A stretch of DNA of 63,798 bases, counting the filler, from Folioceros fuciformis (Eukaryota), in NCBI GenBank assembly GCA_049999805.1. It is 4 parts of 4 records of this genome, joined end to end, with 100 filler letters (N's around TTAATTAATTAA, not from the genome) between each part and the next. Parts side by side here need not be neighbours in the genome. Positions count along the whole stretch, not along the records: positions 9,863 to 37,520 come from JBNGIO010003075.1; 3 more parts are not named here. The stretch is one strand, 5' to 3'. Below the pieces are notes generated by a model. It saw nothing but the letters and a program-made list of their open reading frames with translations. It ran no database searches and was not told where the DNA came from. Shown in pieces: positions 11,699 to 24,919 of the stretch; position 1 is the first letter of the stretch; every line of letters begins with the position of its first letter. Both the position numbers and the translations under genes were made by a program.

Positions 11699-13092
11699 TC
11701 CATTGTACTACAGTAGATGATGACTAATGCCGTATAGAAGACGACAACAATGGTAGACGATAGCAACTCTAATGGTAGATAGACCCTCCTCCTTGGACCA
11801 TGATATCCTACATGTTGTTTGCAGTTTTTAGGTTCAGCGGTTTCAATCACTAGTCCTCGATGCCTTCATTAAGAGTAAATAAATTTCCCATCCTGTTTAT
11901 GTATGGAATGTCCATAGGTTCTATATTAAGTTTAACCTTTTTACAAATGCTCCTCTACTTTTATCCTACAGGCTCAAGAAAATATTAAGATTTGAAACAC
12001 GATGTAGGTGTGAGGACGTGCTGTTTCGTACATTTTTATGTTCCCATCGACATCTAGTTAGATACGAGAGGATCAAGGATATGCGAGATTCCCTTAGCAG
12101 GAAGGGGTGCAAACTCCCCAGAACGGTCTCCGGTCTCCCGAATGCCAGGTAACTCAGAGTATCACATGGTCTACACCGGCAGCGGCAGCGGGAGGAGGAG
12201 GCTATGGCTGGAAAACCCTTAAACACGTCGAGTCAAGCCGTTCTAAGGAAGCCGGACAGTAGCTTTTCAGATCAGAGTAGAGGAAAACTCCGTCGAGTTT
12301 CCACAGTACCTGTGTAAGAGTACTAGACATGCCCGTTTTCTCCTCGGATCACAACGTACCACGAAAGCCGGGTGGAGACGCGTAGGGTGTGGTAGACCGC
12401 CTTCCTGAGCCATCTGCAACTTAATGCGTGTACAGACATTGATTTCATGGCAGCTGATCATGGCCAACAAGATCATGAACCAGTCGGTGCCACAAGCCCT
12501 CCTGCAAGTTAGGTGGGAGGCAACTGCAGGTGGCTTGTGATGTAGCAGCCGCTGCCTGCTACCTACTAATTACGTACGGAATCAAACCAACCCTGGCTTC
12601 GGACTGCAAGCACGGTCGAAGAGTGCAGGCAAACCTTGATTTCGATGCCGAGCTGCTGAACTCCATCCATGAAGTTGCAAGGTCTGCAAAGCCTGTTTAG
12701 CTGCTACTACAACCAACTTTGACATGGGAACCGACTTGCCGTGCGTCTATATTGAAGCTAATTAGGTGGGTGTACGGGCGGGGCATGACGTGCCACGCTG
12801 AAGTCAGGGCGGGTGAAGGGGCTGCATGAGTACCAACCCCTTCAGGTTGCTTGTCTGGAGAGCCTGGTGCTGCATCGCGCACATTGTAGGTCGAGACGTG
12901 TTTCTATATCGTTTTTTTTAGGAAGCGCCTGCAGATGGCTATTATAGAGAGGGAGGACAGCGAGCTCATTGGTCCGAAGTGATACGGGTGTGATACTGCA
13001 GGGCCCGTCCGCTGTCGGGCTCTGCCGGGTGTCGTATCAAGCGGGGAAGACCGTGATTGTCCAGGCGGAGCGGAAACATTGCTGCTGCGGCC

Positions 13093-16046
13093 ATGGCCAC
13101 GTTTTCTAGTCTGCCAGTGGAGGTACTGCTTCTCCGAGATGGATTTTCTGCATCCGCCGTGCTTCAGTGGGGATGATGATGGATGTTTTTCTTGCCAGGT
13201 TTTGTCGCGAGTGGTCGAGTTCCTTCCTCCGCAAGAATGGGCTCGGGTGGCGCAAGCTTGCAAGATCTTGCGTGCAGCTTGCAACAGGTTAAGCCAGTCG
13301 AGCTCAAGTCTGCACTTGTTTAATTCGGCGTCAGGCTGATTGTTTCTCCTGTCCATACCTTCCTCATACTTTTGTCTACAGTGCGTATGGGACGCTCCAG
13401 TACTTGGACCTCAAAAATGCCGGTGCTGCATTGGACGATTCTTGCTTTTTTGGTGTGTGCTCCAGGCTGGGAACGACCCTGAAGCGGATTGAGCTGGTTA
13501 GTCTCATGTCTTCGCGCTTCTCGATCTTCATTTGGATGAATACCTGTGGTGGACCCTGAATTGGTGGCTGCAGCCATGGGCCACCTGTTGTCGATTAATT
13601 TTCTAAGACTTCACATCTTGATAATGCATCAGGACTGTTGGCATCTTTCAGACCCAATGCTGCAATATCTTCCAAAAGGCATTGAAGAAATTGCTTTGTG
13701 TGGTTGTGACCATCACAGCGACACCATCCTTGATCACGTTGCGAACTTTGAGAACTTGCGCTTCTTTGCATGGTCCGGTTTTGGTGGGGCGGTGTCAACC
13801 GCTGGATTCGAGAACCTCGCAAGCAGATGCAGGTGTGGTTGGCTAAGAATTCCTCTGTGCCCATGTCGTCCGGTTTAAATTTATTGTTCATTGTCTTCGT
13901 TCGTCTCACAGCTCTGCATCTCGTCTTGCTTGCAGGAAGCTGGCTACATTCATGATTGATAGTGGTTGTGCAATAGATGTGAACCGAGTTGTTCAGGCCT
14001 TTGCCAAGAACTGCCCTGCTCTGACACAGCTAAGCGCATACGATCTTACCATGGTATGTTCTTTAGCAAGTTAGCTGTGCTTTGCAATCCACGGAATAAC
14101 TTTTGAAAGACTCTTCTTTGACGTGGTCATCTGGTGTTGTAAGGATACCCTGAACGTTATGCAAGAATGCGGGATATCTTTGAGAAGGTTTTATCATAAA
14201 AGGAGGCACCAGAGTGGCCTGCCTGTTTCTGACATGTCACTCCTCATGATAGTCGGGATGTGTCCACTTCTAGAGGAGTTGCACTTGGTCGACAAAACCA
14301 GCAGGGGTGCTTCCGGGGTAAGTGTTATTTCTCTATTTTGGTCTACCAGGATGTGCTGTCCACTTGCGTTCAGATAGAAGAGGTGAACACAGAATTTCGG
14401 TGCAATTTCGTTTCAGGATGTCACGGACTTTGGCCTCTTGGCGTTGGCTGTGAGATCGACTACGCTACGTACACTAAAATTGCAGCTGGCCTCCCCAAGT
14501 TTAGAGCGGTGTTCAGGAGTGGCTGTGATGGAATGTATGTGCGGTTGATCAATCCATTGCTTTCAGAACATTGCTTTCTGTATTTCGCAACTTCTTTTTG
14601 TGCTTGCAATTCCCTAGCTCCTGTTTGTGTAAGTGCCATTGACACCAGTCTGAACCCTAGAACTATAGGATGTAACAATACGGACTCAACTTTTTGAATC
14701 TTGCAGTGGCATCAGTTTGCAACAACCTTACCCACTTAGAGCTCAGTAGTTTCAAGCGATTGACGGATCCACCAGTTTATGAGCTTATCCAGGTATTGTA
14801 GTTGTCTTAGAATCTGTTAATGTGAGATCAGCGTCATTATCAAAGTAGTTTGTTTCTGAAGCTTCTGTTTATGCGCAGAGATGCGTCAACCTGGTTGATG
14901 TAGCTCTAGATGGCGCTCCCATCAGCGATGCCTCCTTGGACTTTCTTGCACTTAACTGCAAGTTCCTTATTTCAATTTCCATCAAGGGCTGCAGAAAGGT
15001 GTGGGCAAAGTTTTTGGTCATTGATGTTACCTTTTGCAGGAATGAGGAGTGGGTATACAAGTCAAGCATGTTCCTTATGTTGCCCTTGTAGTTGACTGAA
15101 GCAGGACTTAAGGCTTTAGGGCTATGTGGTTCGCTCGAAGCTATCAATGCGGGCCAAACCAGTGGAGTGACAGACGCAGCTGTTGCCGTCATCTGCAGGG
15201 GAAATCCACGTTTGAAAACTTTGGTACTTTCTGCCTCCGAATCACAAGCTGTCGCTCTGTGTGAAAAATGCACCTTACTCAGTTGAAGAAACTTGCCTCT
15301 CACTCTCCTCTCGGGTGCATTCCACCAAGCAGATGTAGTAGCAAGCCTTAATTTGTAGTGGATGAAGTCATGCTCCAATGTTGTTGTTCACGGCCGCAGG
15401 TGTTAAGCTACGGGTTGTTGTCGGATAAAGCAGTATCTGCCGTCGCTCTTTGCCCTGATCTGCAGGAACTTGGATTGCATGGCTGTTCCCGGATCTCAAA
15501 CACCGGTTTGCTTGCCATCTCCAAAGGGTGCGCAACTACTCTCCTTGACGACCTGTTTTCCATTTTCTTATCTGTCAAGCTCCATAACTTACGTTTACTC
15601 CTGCTTCCGCAGATGCCGTAGGCTTCGTCACCTATCTGTCAGCTACTGCGACGCGATAACGGACTCGGGAGTAGTTTCTTTGGCATATGGATGTCCCGGA
15701 CTGGTGAAAGTGAGGCTGGATGGCTGCCGCTATCTATCCAACCCGAGTGTTCGAGTGCTGTGCCAGATGTGTCATCGCCTGCGGTACCTGAGCATGCATC
15801 ACAGTGTGAAGCTGTCAGACGATGTGTTTCACCATCTGCTGAAAGCTTCGTCTCTTAGATCCGTGGACTTGGGCAGGTACGCATGTGATGAATCATTTCC
15901 TCGTAGGTCGGGATTTTTTGGCGGAAACTCAAGGGTCATAATACTGAGCGTGCTCCTGTGTTGGCAGGTCCCGATTTACCACCAAAGGCATTGAGTCCTT
16001 CAAACAGCAGAGGCCCCATGTAGACCTCCTCATTGAAATGCAGTGA
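13093..16046 (+). CDS. F-box/LRR-repeat protein (FBXL/AMN1-type cysteine-containing LRRs), multi-exon
   Basis: Spliced N-terminus MATFSSLPVE|VLSRVVEFLPPQEWARVAQACKILRAAC is an F-box. LRR exons include LQELGLHGCSRISNTGL, LRHLSVSYCDAITDSGV and LVKVRLDGCRYLSNPSV. Last exon ends ...HVDLLIEMQ-TGA at 16046. Confidence 0.88.
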
Positions 16047-16443
16047 GGTGGGCTCCGTAAACGGGCCTGTCGACCTTTCCTCACGCTTCACTCCACTTGG
16101 TACACCGGGACTCGCCCGTCACATATGTACGTATGTACGTCAGCGAGTGTAGGTCCTTTACAAGAGTAGGTCGGAGCAGCTGATGAAAGAACGCTGTAAG
16201 TGCATGTACATAGGTTCTCGATCGTACACGATAATTTACTTTTCTTATATGCTTGGTTATATATATCTAATGTGGACACCAGTGTCGGAGGGTACCAAAT
16301 GGCAAATATAATACATAAGTGATCAAGTTGTGGAGGTGATTCCATCGGTGTCGTCCGCAACTAATCCGTTGTCCAGATTGTATCCAAACAAAACAGAGCT
16401 TCGCCTTCCTCCTTCGCCAGATTGTCGAGCTGGTCGTGGAACG

Positions 16444-19400
16444 ATGATTCGCGGGGGCGGTAGTCTCGTTGATTATCGTCCCGTCTTCTCGGTGGATGGC
16501 AAGCTCGTGCTTGTCTGCACGGGCTGCACCGTGTCCGTCTTCAGTGTTGCCACAGGGCTGCTGGTGCGTGTTTCGTAAGGGCATTGTGCCTCATTTTCGA
16601 TTCGTTCAGCCGCCAAGGAAAATACTGCTTAGCTTCGTCCGTCTGACGCTCCGATCGCTCGCAGGCGACGCAGGTGTGCGGCCACGAAGACCGGGTCACC
16701 AGCGTTGTTGTTGTCCAGGATTTGGGCCCGACCAAATCAGTGGTGCATCATGCCTGGACGTCGTCCCTGGATGGGAAATTGCGGCTTTGGGATTTTGGCG
16801 TTGGTGTCCTCATCAAGACCGTGGACATCGGACAACCGGTTTGGTCCCTGGTATGTGTTGTCTTGTGGTTTTTTTTTTTTTTTGGTGGCTGCTGATGCGC
16901 GGTAGCGGGGGTGCTCACAGGGTGTTGGAATTAGGGTCGGCAAATGCTGATTTCTGGGAGTGCCTTGCGCCGTAGGTCATACCGATGTGGTTTTATCCAG
17001 CTGAGAAGGCGAAGCCATTGACAGCATTTCTGTCCGTCGGTTACAAAAAGGGCGGAGCGAAGCCTGAGGATGGGAAAGTGCAGGGCCGAGTTCTTGTGTA
17101 CAATTTGACCAGTTCGAGTCCCTTTCCAGGCTACTTGGCAAAGGTATGCAGGGAAGAAGCTTCTTCTTTTTGGACCACCGATATGTGTATAGTTGTGTGG
17201 ATGCTGTAGCTCACTTAGATTCTTGGGCTTTGCAGACCGAGTCTCCCAGGCTGTTGGAAGCAAGTCAGTCTGGCGGCCTGGTTGGAATGATTGACAAGAA
17301 CAAGGTTTGGGTGTGGCGAGTACCAAGCGTTAAATTTAAATTGAAGGACGTGGATGTCCTTTTGTTGCACCATGTAAGGGAACTTCGGGTTCTTGCATTT
17401 GATCCAACAGACACTGTACTGGCTGCTGGCGATAAGACTGGCAGAATTCTGCTATGGCAAAACATAGGGGAAGTCAAGTTTGGTGGAGTTTCCGATTCTG
17501 GGGACACGAAAAGGGGTTTGAAACGAAAACTCGAAAATGGTATTGCTGGACACCAGGAGGAGTCCCGGCAGAATGATGATGCGCAAGCTGTGTCTACTTA
17601 TCACTGGCATTCCCATGAAGTCAAGCTTCTCACATTTTCTGCGGATGGAGTCTATTTGCTGTCCGGTAACACTGAAGCTATTTATTCAGTACTGCAGTAC
17701 GGCGTCTTTGGCTGTTTCATGGATTTGACACGTCTCCCTTGTGCTTGCTCAGGTGGATTGGAAGCTGTCCTAGTAATCTGGCATGTGGAGACAGGGAACA
17801 AGGATTTTGTTCCTCGATTAGGAGGGCCTCTTCTGTTTATTTCGAAGTCTCCTGATCCTGTTATCTTTTCGGTGAGTGGCATTGGCTTGCTGTCGTCAAC
17901 CCTTGCTATGTCTTAAAATCCATCAGATGAATGCTGGAAGCTGAGATCGTAGAGTGTGTCCTGAAACTATGTCTAGCTGTTTCACGCCTTTCACCAGAAA
18001 ATTGCAGTTTTTGGGAGAGTAAAAAGCTTTACAAGTGATGTCAACTTGTAGGTATCATGTGCAGACAACTCAATTGTGTTTTTCAACTTTGGTACCAGAA
18101 GTGTGCAGAGAGGCATTCATGGGATCAAGGTACATATTTCTCTAGCCAGCCGTGGCCATTGGTATGTACGAGAGGGTCAGGATGCAGGGTTTGTCAAGAA
18201 ATCTTGTAATTTGCTCTGCTGCTGTTTTACCAGCCACTAGCCATCCTGCCAAACAACGATGGACTTGTGAAGAACTCAGGAGTTGTCCTAGAGCCTGTGG
18301 AAGGAATCATGGCGCTCACAACGGAAAACGTTTCAGTTCAATTTTATGACATCTTCCAGGACCGGCATGTGGCCGAGGTAGTTCTCGACTTACATGGGCT
18401 GATTTCTTTCACTTTCCATAAGTTTGCTTTCTAGATGGGGCCAAAAAGCAACAATTCTTGTAGTGTGACATGCCTTACTAGAGTTTTCTTGCAGATTCAA
18501 GTGTATCCCAGAAACTACCTTCCAACTCCTGACAAGGCAGGAGGGCCCTCACCGCCCTCGGTAATGTTTAGTGTGCAATTAGGAAGGACTTTCTCGAGTT
18601 TTCTAGTGATTGGATCTATGTGATACAAGTGAGAAGAAACCTGTGCATGATGACTGAACTATTGTGCTGAAACAGAGCTTGGTGACCCATGTTGCGTTCT
18701 CAGCGGATGGCATGGTGATGGTCACGGTGCATTCAAGGCTGTCTGAAAAAGAATTAGGAGGCTCGTCACACCTTAAGTTTTGGGACCGGGAAGTGGGTGT
18801 CTTGCGGTTTACGGAGAACACAGTAGCCCAGGAGAGCAGGTGCGCTCCTGTTTTTCTGTTTGTGTTTCTGGGATGGTTGCAACTGTTGCTGGCTGTAAGT
18901 TGTGTATTCTCATTGTGAAAAATTTGTGTCTGAACAGTGCTGAGATTTCAGCGCTTGCTTGCCATCCAAGCAAGCACATGGTTGTCAGCTGCATTCCATT
19001 GGCTGCTGAATTCAAGGTGAGACCACATGGCCTCAGATTTGGAGGTGGTTTACACATCTTACCTCCATACCCGAGTTCCTGACTGCATGAATATTTCGCT
19101 TACCAGGTGTGGGTTCAAGATAAAAGAGCAGGGCTCGAAGACGAAGACAAGTTTTTTCGATGGTCCTGCCGATCTGTCGGGTCCTACAGGTGACGTGTTC
19201 AATGGTGGCTTAGTTTATTCCTGGTCCTGTGCGTTGCTGCTGTGAAGGCGAATGCCAAGCTGAACCGTCAAATTGCAGGCGGAAGCGCATTTTAAGTGCA
19301 TCCTTTTCTACGGATGGTTCTCTGCTGGCAGTCGCTGCTGAGGAGGTTGTTACCTTGTGGAATCCTGTTACCAATGGGATAGTTACTGTACTCTCGTCTG

Positions 19401-20382
19401 CTCCTCCTCAGGTGTGTAGAGTTTTAAGTTGTGTATTGGATTTGTCATGTAATGGCTCTCCTAGGCATGTAGGCTTGGACATCAAGAGACAACAAACCTC
19501 TGACTACATACCTTTGTTGTGGTTTCCCTATAGCCAATCTTCGCATTGTCCTTCATTCCCAAGTCTCGACACGTGGTTGCCCTTACAGGAGGAGCGAAGG
19601 GGGAGATATTTGTGTGGAACTTAGAAACAGTCGGGTTACAGCTGAGAATTGGGCTCAGAGCAGAAGGTGAATCCTGGGCTTGCTTGCCAACCTTGGGTTT
19701 GCTCAGTGCCTGAGATGGCATAAGCTAACGCCTTTTCCTTTTTTTGGCAGCTCTGGCTGTGGACCCAAGCAACCCACAGTTCGCGGTGATTCTTTCACCT
19801 CCGAGCAGTAGTGGTGGAGTGGATTCATCCAGCTTCAGTGTCGTAGCTGTCTTCAATGTGGAACAAACCTCGCCAGTAGCTGTGTGGAACATCCGCAATG
19901 TGAGAATCTCGTCCTTTAATGCTGATGCCCTGTCGATCGTCTCGGCCGACGCCGCGGCGGAATGATGCTGATGGTAACTTTCTTTCCTGCAGGCTCACGG
20001 AGGAAGTTTAGCGTTTCTGCCACGCCATCTATTGCCAGCGGCAGATAGCCAGGAAAGCGGGGAGGCGGGACTGGGAAGCAAACTTCTGGTCTCCACTGCA
20101 ACCAGAGAGTTTGTAGTCTTGGACCCTCTCAGGCCAGATAGCATCGAAGTAGAGGGCACGCCCATACAGGAGAAGCTGCCGGAAGACGAAGATATTTCTG
20201 CCTTAACAGCCATGTATGGTAAATCAGTGAAGCCAAGGGCTCGAATAGCGGCGCCAGAAGTGTCGAGGATCGGAGGCAACAGGCCATGGGGCGACCTGTT
20301 CAATTGTCCGTCCCATGTGCTTCCCCCTCTGTCTAGAATCGGGCTTCCTTTCATCAATTCATTTCTGAGTAAAGTAAAGTAA
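16444..20382 (+). CDS. WDR75: WD40-repeat protein 75 / UTP17-NAN1 (SSU processome t-UTP subunit), multi-exon
   Basis: MIRGGGSLVDYRPVFSVDGKLVLVCTGCTVSVFSVATGL start typical of plant WDR75; TYHWHSHEV, LLSGGLEAVLVIW, DFVPRLG, LKFWD; C-terminal PSHVLPPLS motif. Confidence 0.92.
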
Positions 20383-20982
20383 ATTGAGAGTAACGCTACT
20401 GGAGTTCTGTTAGGTGTGTAAGTTCAATGTGCGTATGAATAGAGAAGGCCAGAGTCCCGAAGGTGGTGAGGAATAGTGATGCATCTTGACAAGAATTCAC
20501 GGTGAGGAGCAGTGATAGAGATCGGTGACGGAAGAGAGAGAGAGAGAGGGTAGGACTCGCAGGAGAGAGAAGCAGAACCGTGTTTGGGTGAGTGCTACGG
20601 AGCCTACAGGAATCGTCACCCCGCCTATAAGAACCGACGGAAGTCGTCACCCAGAGGCCTGCGCGGCGTGCGCCCATACGACGCTTAGCAGTGAAGAGTA
20701 CTGTACATGCTGTACATATGAATTGTCAGAGAGAGCGTGTGCCTAGTTCCAAGCAGCTCTCGGATCGGTCTCGCCACTTACTTCCTTCCTCCAAACTGGA
20801 AGACGTACCGAGCAAGTGCGTGGAACGTGCGTGAAGGAAGTGTCGATCCGGCCTTGAGAGCCGAAGAGTCGAGGTGAAGAAGCAGTCCAAGCCAGAGCTC
20901 GCGGCCTGGCAGGCTCCTCTCCAGTTTAGTGCCTCGGTTTCGTGTCGGCTGCTGGTGCGGTGCCGCAAGCGAGGTAGAGGCG

Positions 20983-21105
20983 ATGGAGTCGCAATCGGGC
21001 TCGGCCGGGAAGGAGGCGGCCGGCGCCTGCAGCTCCGTCCTCTGCTGTTGCCTGGACATTCTGATCATCATCCAGCAGGTCATGGCCTGCTGCTGCACCG
21101 GCTAG
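20983..21105 (+). CDS. 40-aa cysteine-rich hydrophobic peptide (CYSTM-like); small gene or uORF
   Basis: Single-exon ORF MESQSGSAGKEAAGACSSVLCCCLDILIIIQQVMACCCTG* with a strong start context (GCGATGG) and GC3-rich codons. Below the ORF-track size cutoff. Confidence 0.6.
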   Translation: MESQSGSAGKEAAGACSSVLCCCLDILIIIQQVMACCCTG

Positions 21106-21324
21106 CTCTCCGTCGCCCGCGCTCCGTCAAGCCAATCCTGCTATTCCGAAGCCAATCCCGCCATCTCCGCTGCCACCACGTCTCTCCCCCTGCCCGGCTG
21201 GGCGCCAATTCCCTCCCGCGCGGCATCCTGGAGCCCGGGAGCGAGCAGCTCGGGCGCGCGTTCACGGAATTCAGCCGGGCCCCCCGTCACGTTGCCAGGG
21301 CGGGGGGGCACCGGAACCGGAGCG

Positions 21325-23857
21325 ATGGAGCAGGAGCCCAAGGGACTCCTTGTCATCAGCGTCCCGGCCGCGCAGGGCCAGGGGGCTGGCAAGAAGCAAT
21401 GGGAGTTCCTGGCGAGCAGCGGGGATTGCACGCTGCTGCCTCCGGAGTACGGCACGCACATTGACATTCCGGCACCCGGGATGCACTTGCAGCAGCCTGG
21501 CCCGCAGCTGTCGGCTCGCCAATTCTGGGCTCGGGGTGCCGGGGGTGGAGCTGGTGCTTCCGCTGCTTGGCGCAGGAGCAGGAGGGTGCTCTGCGTGTCC
21601 CTCCTCCTTACGCTGCTGGTCGTCTCCTGGCTCCGGGCCCCTGCATTATGGGGGAACGATTTCGAGAGCGAGGAGGACGATGAGGACGAGGGTGTGGTGT
21701 ATCCGCTGGTGTGGTCCCGGGCCTATGGCAGTCCTGGGGAAGGGACTACCCGACCGGAGGAGCGCTCTACCTCGGAGGCGTTGCTGGATATGGATGCCAA
21801 GCGGAACGCAGCCAGGGCCTTCGTCCTGGGCCGCCCTGAGGGCAACTCTTCCAGGCCTGGCCGCTCCCTGTTGAGTGCGCTGGCCAACCAGCGGACGGAG
21901 ATCGGCTACCAGATGGGCCTCATGCCTTGCAACGGGTGAGTGAGAGAGCTCATTCCCTTCCTGGTATTTGCTGCTCGCCCTGCGTGCCAGCAGTAGCTAG
22001 TCTCCTATTGCTGCTTTCTCACTGCGCTTAGTCTTGCTTCTGTCAGGATGTACTACATTGCCATGAGAATTGGGCGCGCGGCAAACGTTTATCATCTCGG
22101 TGTTGACACAGGGGGGCATCTGAGCTGGCTGTTGTGTGACGCTAACTGCAGTGGGTGTCCAGTGGTAAGTGAACAGGATGGCATGCTGTTAGGGCAGGGA
22201 AGGGGAGAGAGGGAAGGAGGAATGCCATGCTGTGTGACGTCTCACCTCATCCTCATCACATTCAACCTGCCTCTGTTGCACAGGGTCCTCATGAGTGGTA
22301 CAAACCAGAGAGCGCCAGGAGGGTGGCTAGGGTGGATCCGCGTTGCGCCCAAGTTGGTGTTGATGGAGCAAGGATCGGACAGAAGGGGCACTCAATTTGT
22401 AAGTACACGGTGGGCTATTACGACAATAGCACAACGCAGGGCTTCCTGGTGGAAGATGTTCTCAGCCACAATGGGAAAACCGCCCTCAACGCACGGGTGA
22501 CGTTTGGGTGATGCACTGCCTTCCATGTCAAGCCCCTTGTTGAGCTCTTAGATGATAGAATGCTCCTGTGCTGCTTGCTTGTACGTTGTCACTGTATCCA
22601 TTCCTTATAAGATGGAATCTCTGGATTTGGGCAGCTGTTCTGTTCAGCAAGGCGGACTTCTGGCCAGATCTCCAGCTCTCCAAGATGGTCTTCTGGCCCT
22701 CAGCAAGTCCCCTATGGCTATGTCAAGCCAGCTGACGCCTTTCTTGACCCGCTCCGTCTTCGGAACCTGTATGTCCACTAGTGGAGGAGGGTACTTATAC
22801 TTCGGTGGTATAGCACCCAAGGTCTTGGCGTGGACTCCCTACAACATTGATGCAGGACCGTCCAGGTCTCCACCACTCCTTCATACATTGCTTGGGCTGT
22901 TACTTCTGAACGTTGGCATGCCAGAGTTTTGCAATTCTGAAACCTTCTCTTCGTTTGGGGTCACGCAGGTCATATTATGTGGTGGACCTTGCCAGCAGCT
23001 ACTACGGGGACTTCCCACTTTTCTCAAGCTTTCCTGTGTACATAGACAGTGGGACGGCTCTCAATTACCTCGCAACTGAGCAGTACAAGCTTCTCCTTTC
23101 ACTTGTAAGACTACCTCACTGCACCATGCCTTTCCCATCCTTCGATCACGACCATCCGCCTGCTAAACCCTTGCTGTCCACCTCCACAGCTGAGGGACCA
23201 CGTCCCTCTTGAACGAACTCCCGAAAAATCTGAGCCTTTTCCAGTGTGCTGGCGGGGTCCAACCGCCTTCAGGTAAAGCTTGCCTCGAGCTTCATTGTGT
23301 CAGCTCACGGGTAGCGTGACCCCATTAAGTCCAATTTTCTTGGATTGGGCAGGACCATGGCGGATGCAAGCAAGTACTTCAAGACGTTGAAGTTCGGTTT
23401 CAAGCAAAATTGGGCAGATCCTAGCCCCTTCTCGCCATACATGGAACTCGGCCCTGAAGGATATCTCAAGATAACCGTAAGGACCTTGCCAGGTCCTGAT
23501 TGATTCGTTGTGTGTGCGTGTTAAGAACTCAGCCTGCCTGATGCTCGCTTTTGTTTCTGTGTGGCAGAGATCCGGGAGTGTTTGTCTGGCATTTTTGGAA
23601 GATTCCTCTCCAGCCACAATGATCATTGGCTGTAAGAACCTTTCCTCCTCATTGAGTTGATGGTCGCTTTGCGCTGCAAGTCTCGCAACTCAATCTCCTT
23701 GTTCCTCTTTCCTCGTGTGGCAGCCTTGGGCATGCGAGGATACTATATAGTATATGACAACCAGCGTAACCGATTAGGCTGGGCGCGGGACAGCTGCAGG
23801 ATACCAGATGCAAAGCCGCAAGCGAAATCTATCCAATCCCAGGGAGTAGGAACATGA
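21325..23857 (+). CDS. Membrane-anchored pepsin-like (A1) aspartic protease, nucellin/APCB1-like, multi-exon
   Basis: N-terminal MEQEPKGLLVISVP, TM segment VLCVSLLLTLLVVSWL, catalytic VDTGGHLSWLLCDANCSGC and IDSGTALNYL, CKYTVGYYDNSTTQGFLVED, QDGLLAL, C-terminal MRGYYIVYDNQRNRLGWARDSC. Confidence 0.92.
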
Positions 23858-24017
23858 ATTTCATCGAATCACGAAAAGACTCTTACTCACGGACCTTGTA
23901 GTTTGCTAGAGAACATCGATTGGTGCAATTCGAACTGTGTACCTGATCTCGCACAAAGTGTATGAGCTGTGCGTTGGTAGGGAAGTGACCGAAGAAAAGA
24001 CTGGATTTTTTGTTAGT

Positions 24018-24026
24018 AAACCCTAA
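24018..24026 (+). promoter_or_regulatory. Telo-box (AAACCCTAA) just upstream of the SSB start codon
   Basis: Exact AAACCCTAA ending ~25 bp before the ATG at 24051. This motif is known from plant replication and translation gene promoters. Confidence 0.5.
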
Positions 24027-24050
24027 GTTCCAGATTGGCCATCTGGAAGA

Positions 24051-24919
24051 ATGACAATTCTGCGGTGTCTGACGGGACGGTCTGGTACCTCGGTGTCGGG
24101 AATTGCAGCAAACACACGATCGTTGGGGCATAGGCGGGAGTGGTGTAGCCAGCAGAAGAGCGTCTTCCAACACGATGCCGCTCCTGCGCCTGCTGAGGAA
24201 GTCAGCCCCGACAAGCAAGTCCTCGAGGCGAGAGGGACAGCTGGAGCGGCCGTCCCTCGTGGTGTCTTCAAAGTGTAGACTCAACCGTGAATTGCTGCAA
24301 TCATGCTTTTTCTTGGAAGAATTGGCCTCCACCTTGTTGTGGTTGCTTTTCAGGCTACATTGCTTGGACAAGTCGCCACAACGCCGAAGCAAAAGGTGTT
24401 GAAGAGTGGCAGGACAGTCACCACCTTCTTCGTGGGAACCGGTGGAATGTTCGACAGCGTCCAAAGAACAACCACGCAGTGGCACAGAGTAACTGTATAT
24501 GACCAGCCGTTGGGTAATTTGACCATGAAGTTGTTGAAGGCCGGGTAGGTTAGCCTCGTCTTCTCTTTCGTCTCCCGAAATATATTCACCATTTACTCGC
24601 TCGCGACTTACTTGCTTACTCCTGTCTTCCCCCGGTGCTTCTAGTAACCAGGTTTTCGTGGAGGGCAACTTAGAATGCCGTGTGTTCACTAGAGCTGAAA
24701 GCGGTCGGACGATATGGTTGCGTGAGATTGCTGTTCGGCAGCCAGGTTCCCCTCTCTCGCGTACTCTCAGCTTCATCACGTTGCTAGTCTCATATGAGGT
24801 GGATTTCACGTTGGTGGTGGGTTGAGAGGGTGCCTTGTATGTCAGGTGGAGTTCTCTTCATGGGTAAAGATGATGAAGCCAACAGCGCTGCTGCATCTCA
24901 GGCAGGCAGCGGCCCCTGA
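24051..24919 (+). CDS. SSB: Organellar (probably mitochondrial) single-stranded DNA-binding protein, 4 exons
   Basis: Arg/Ser-rich presequence-like N-terminus; RGVFK|ATLLGQVATTPKQKVLKSGRTVTTFFVGTGGMFD...TQWHRVTVY...G|NQVFVEGNLECRVF...REIAVR matches the plant mtSSB OB fold; stop TGA at 24917-24919. Confidence 0.88.

Noticed and set aside
23883-24809. 308-aa minus-strand ORF
   Set aside because: It is the antisense shadow of the SSB gene, with no recognisable domain.
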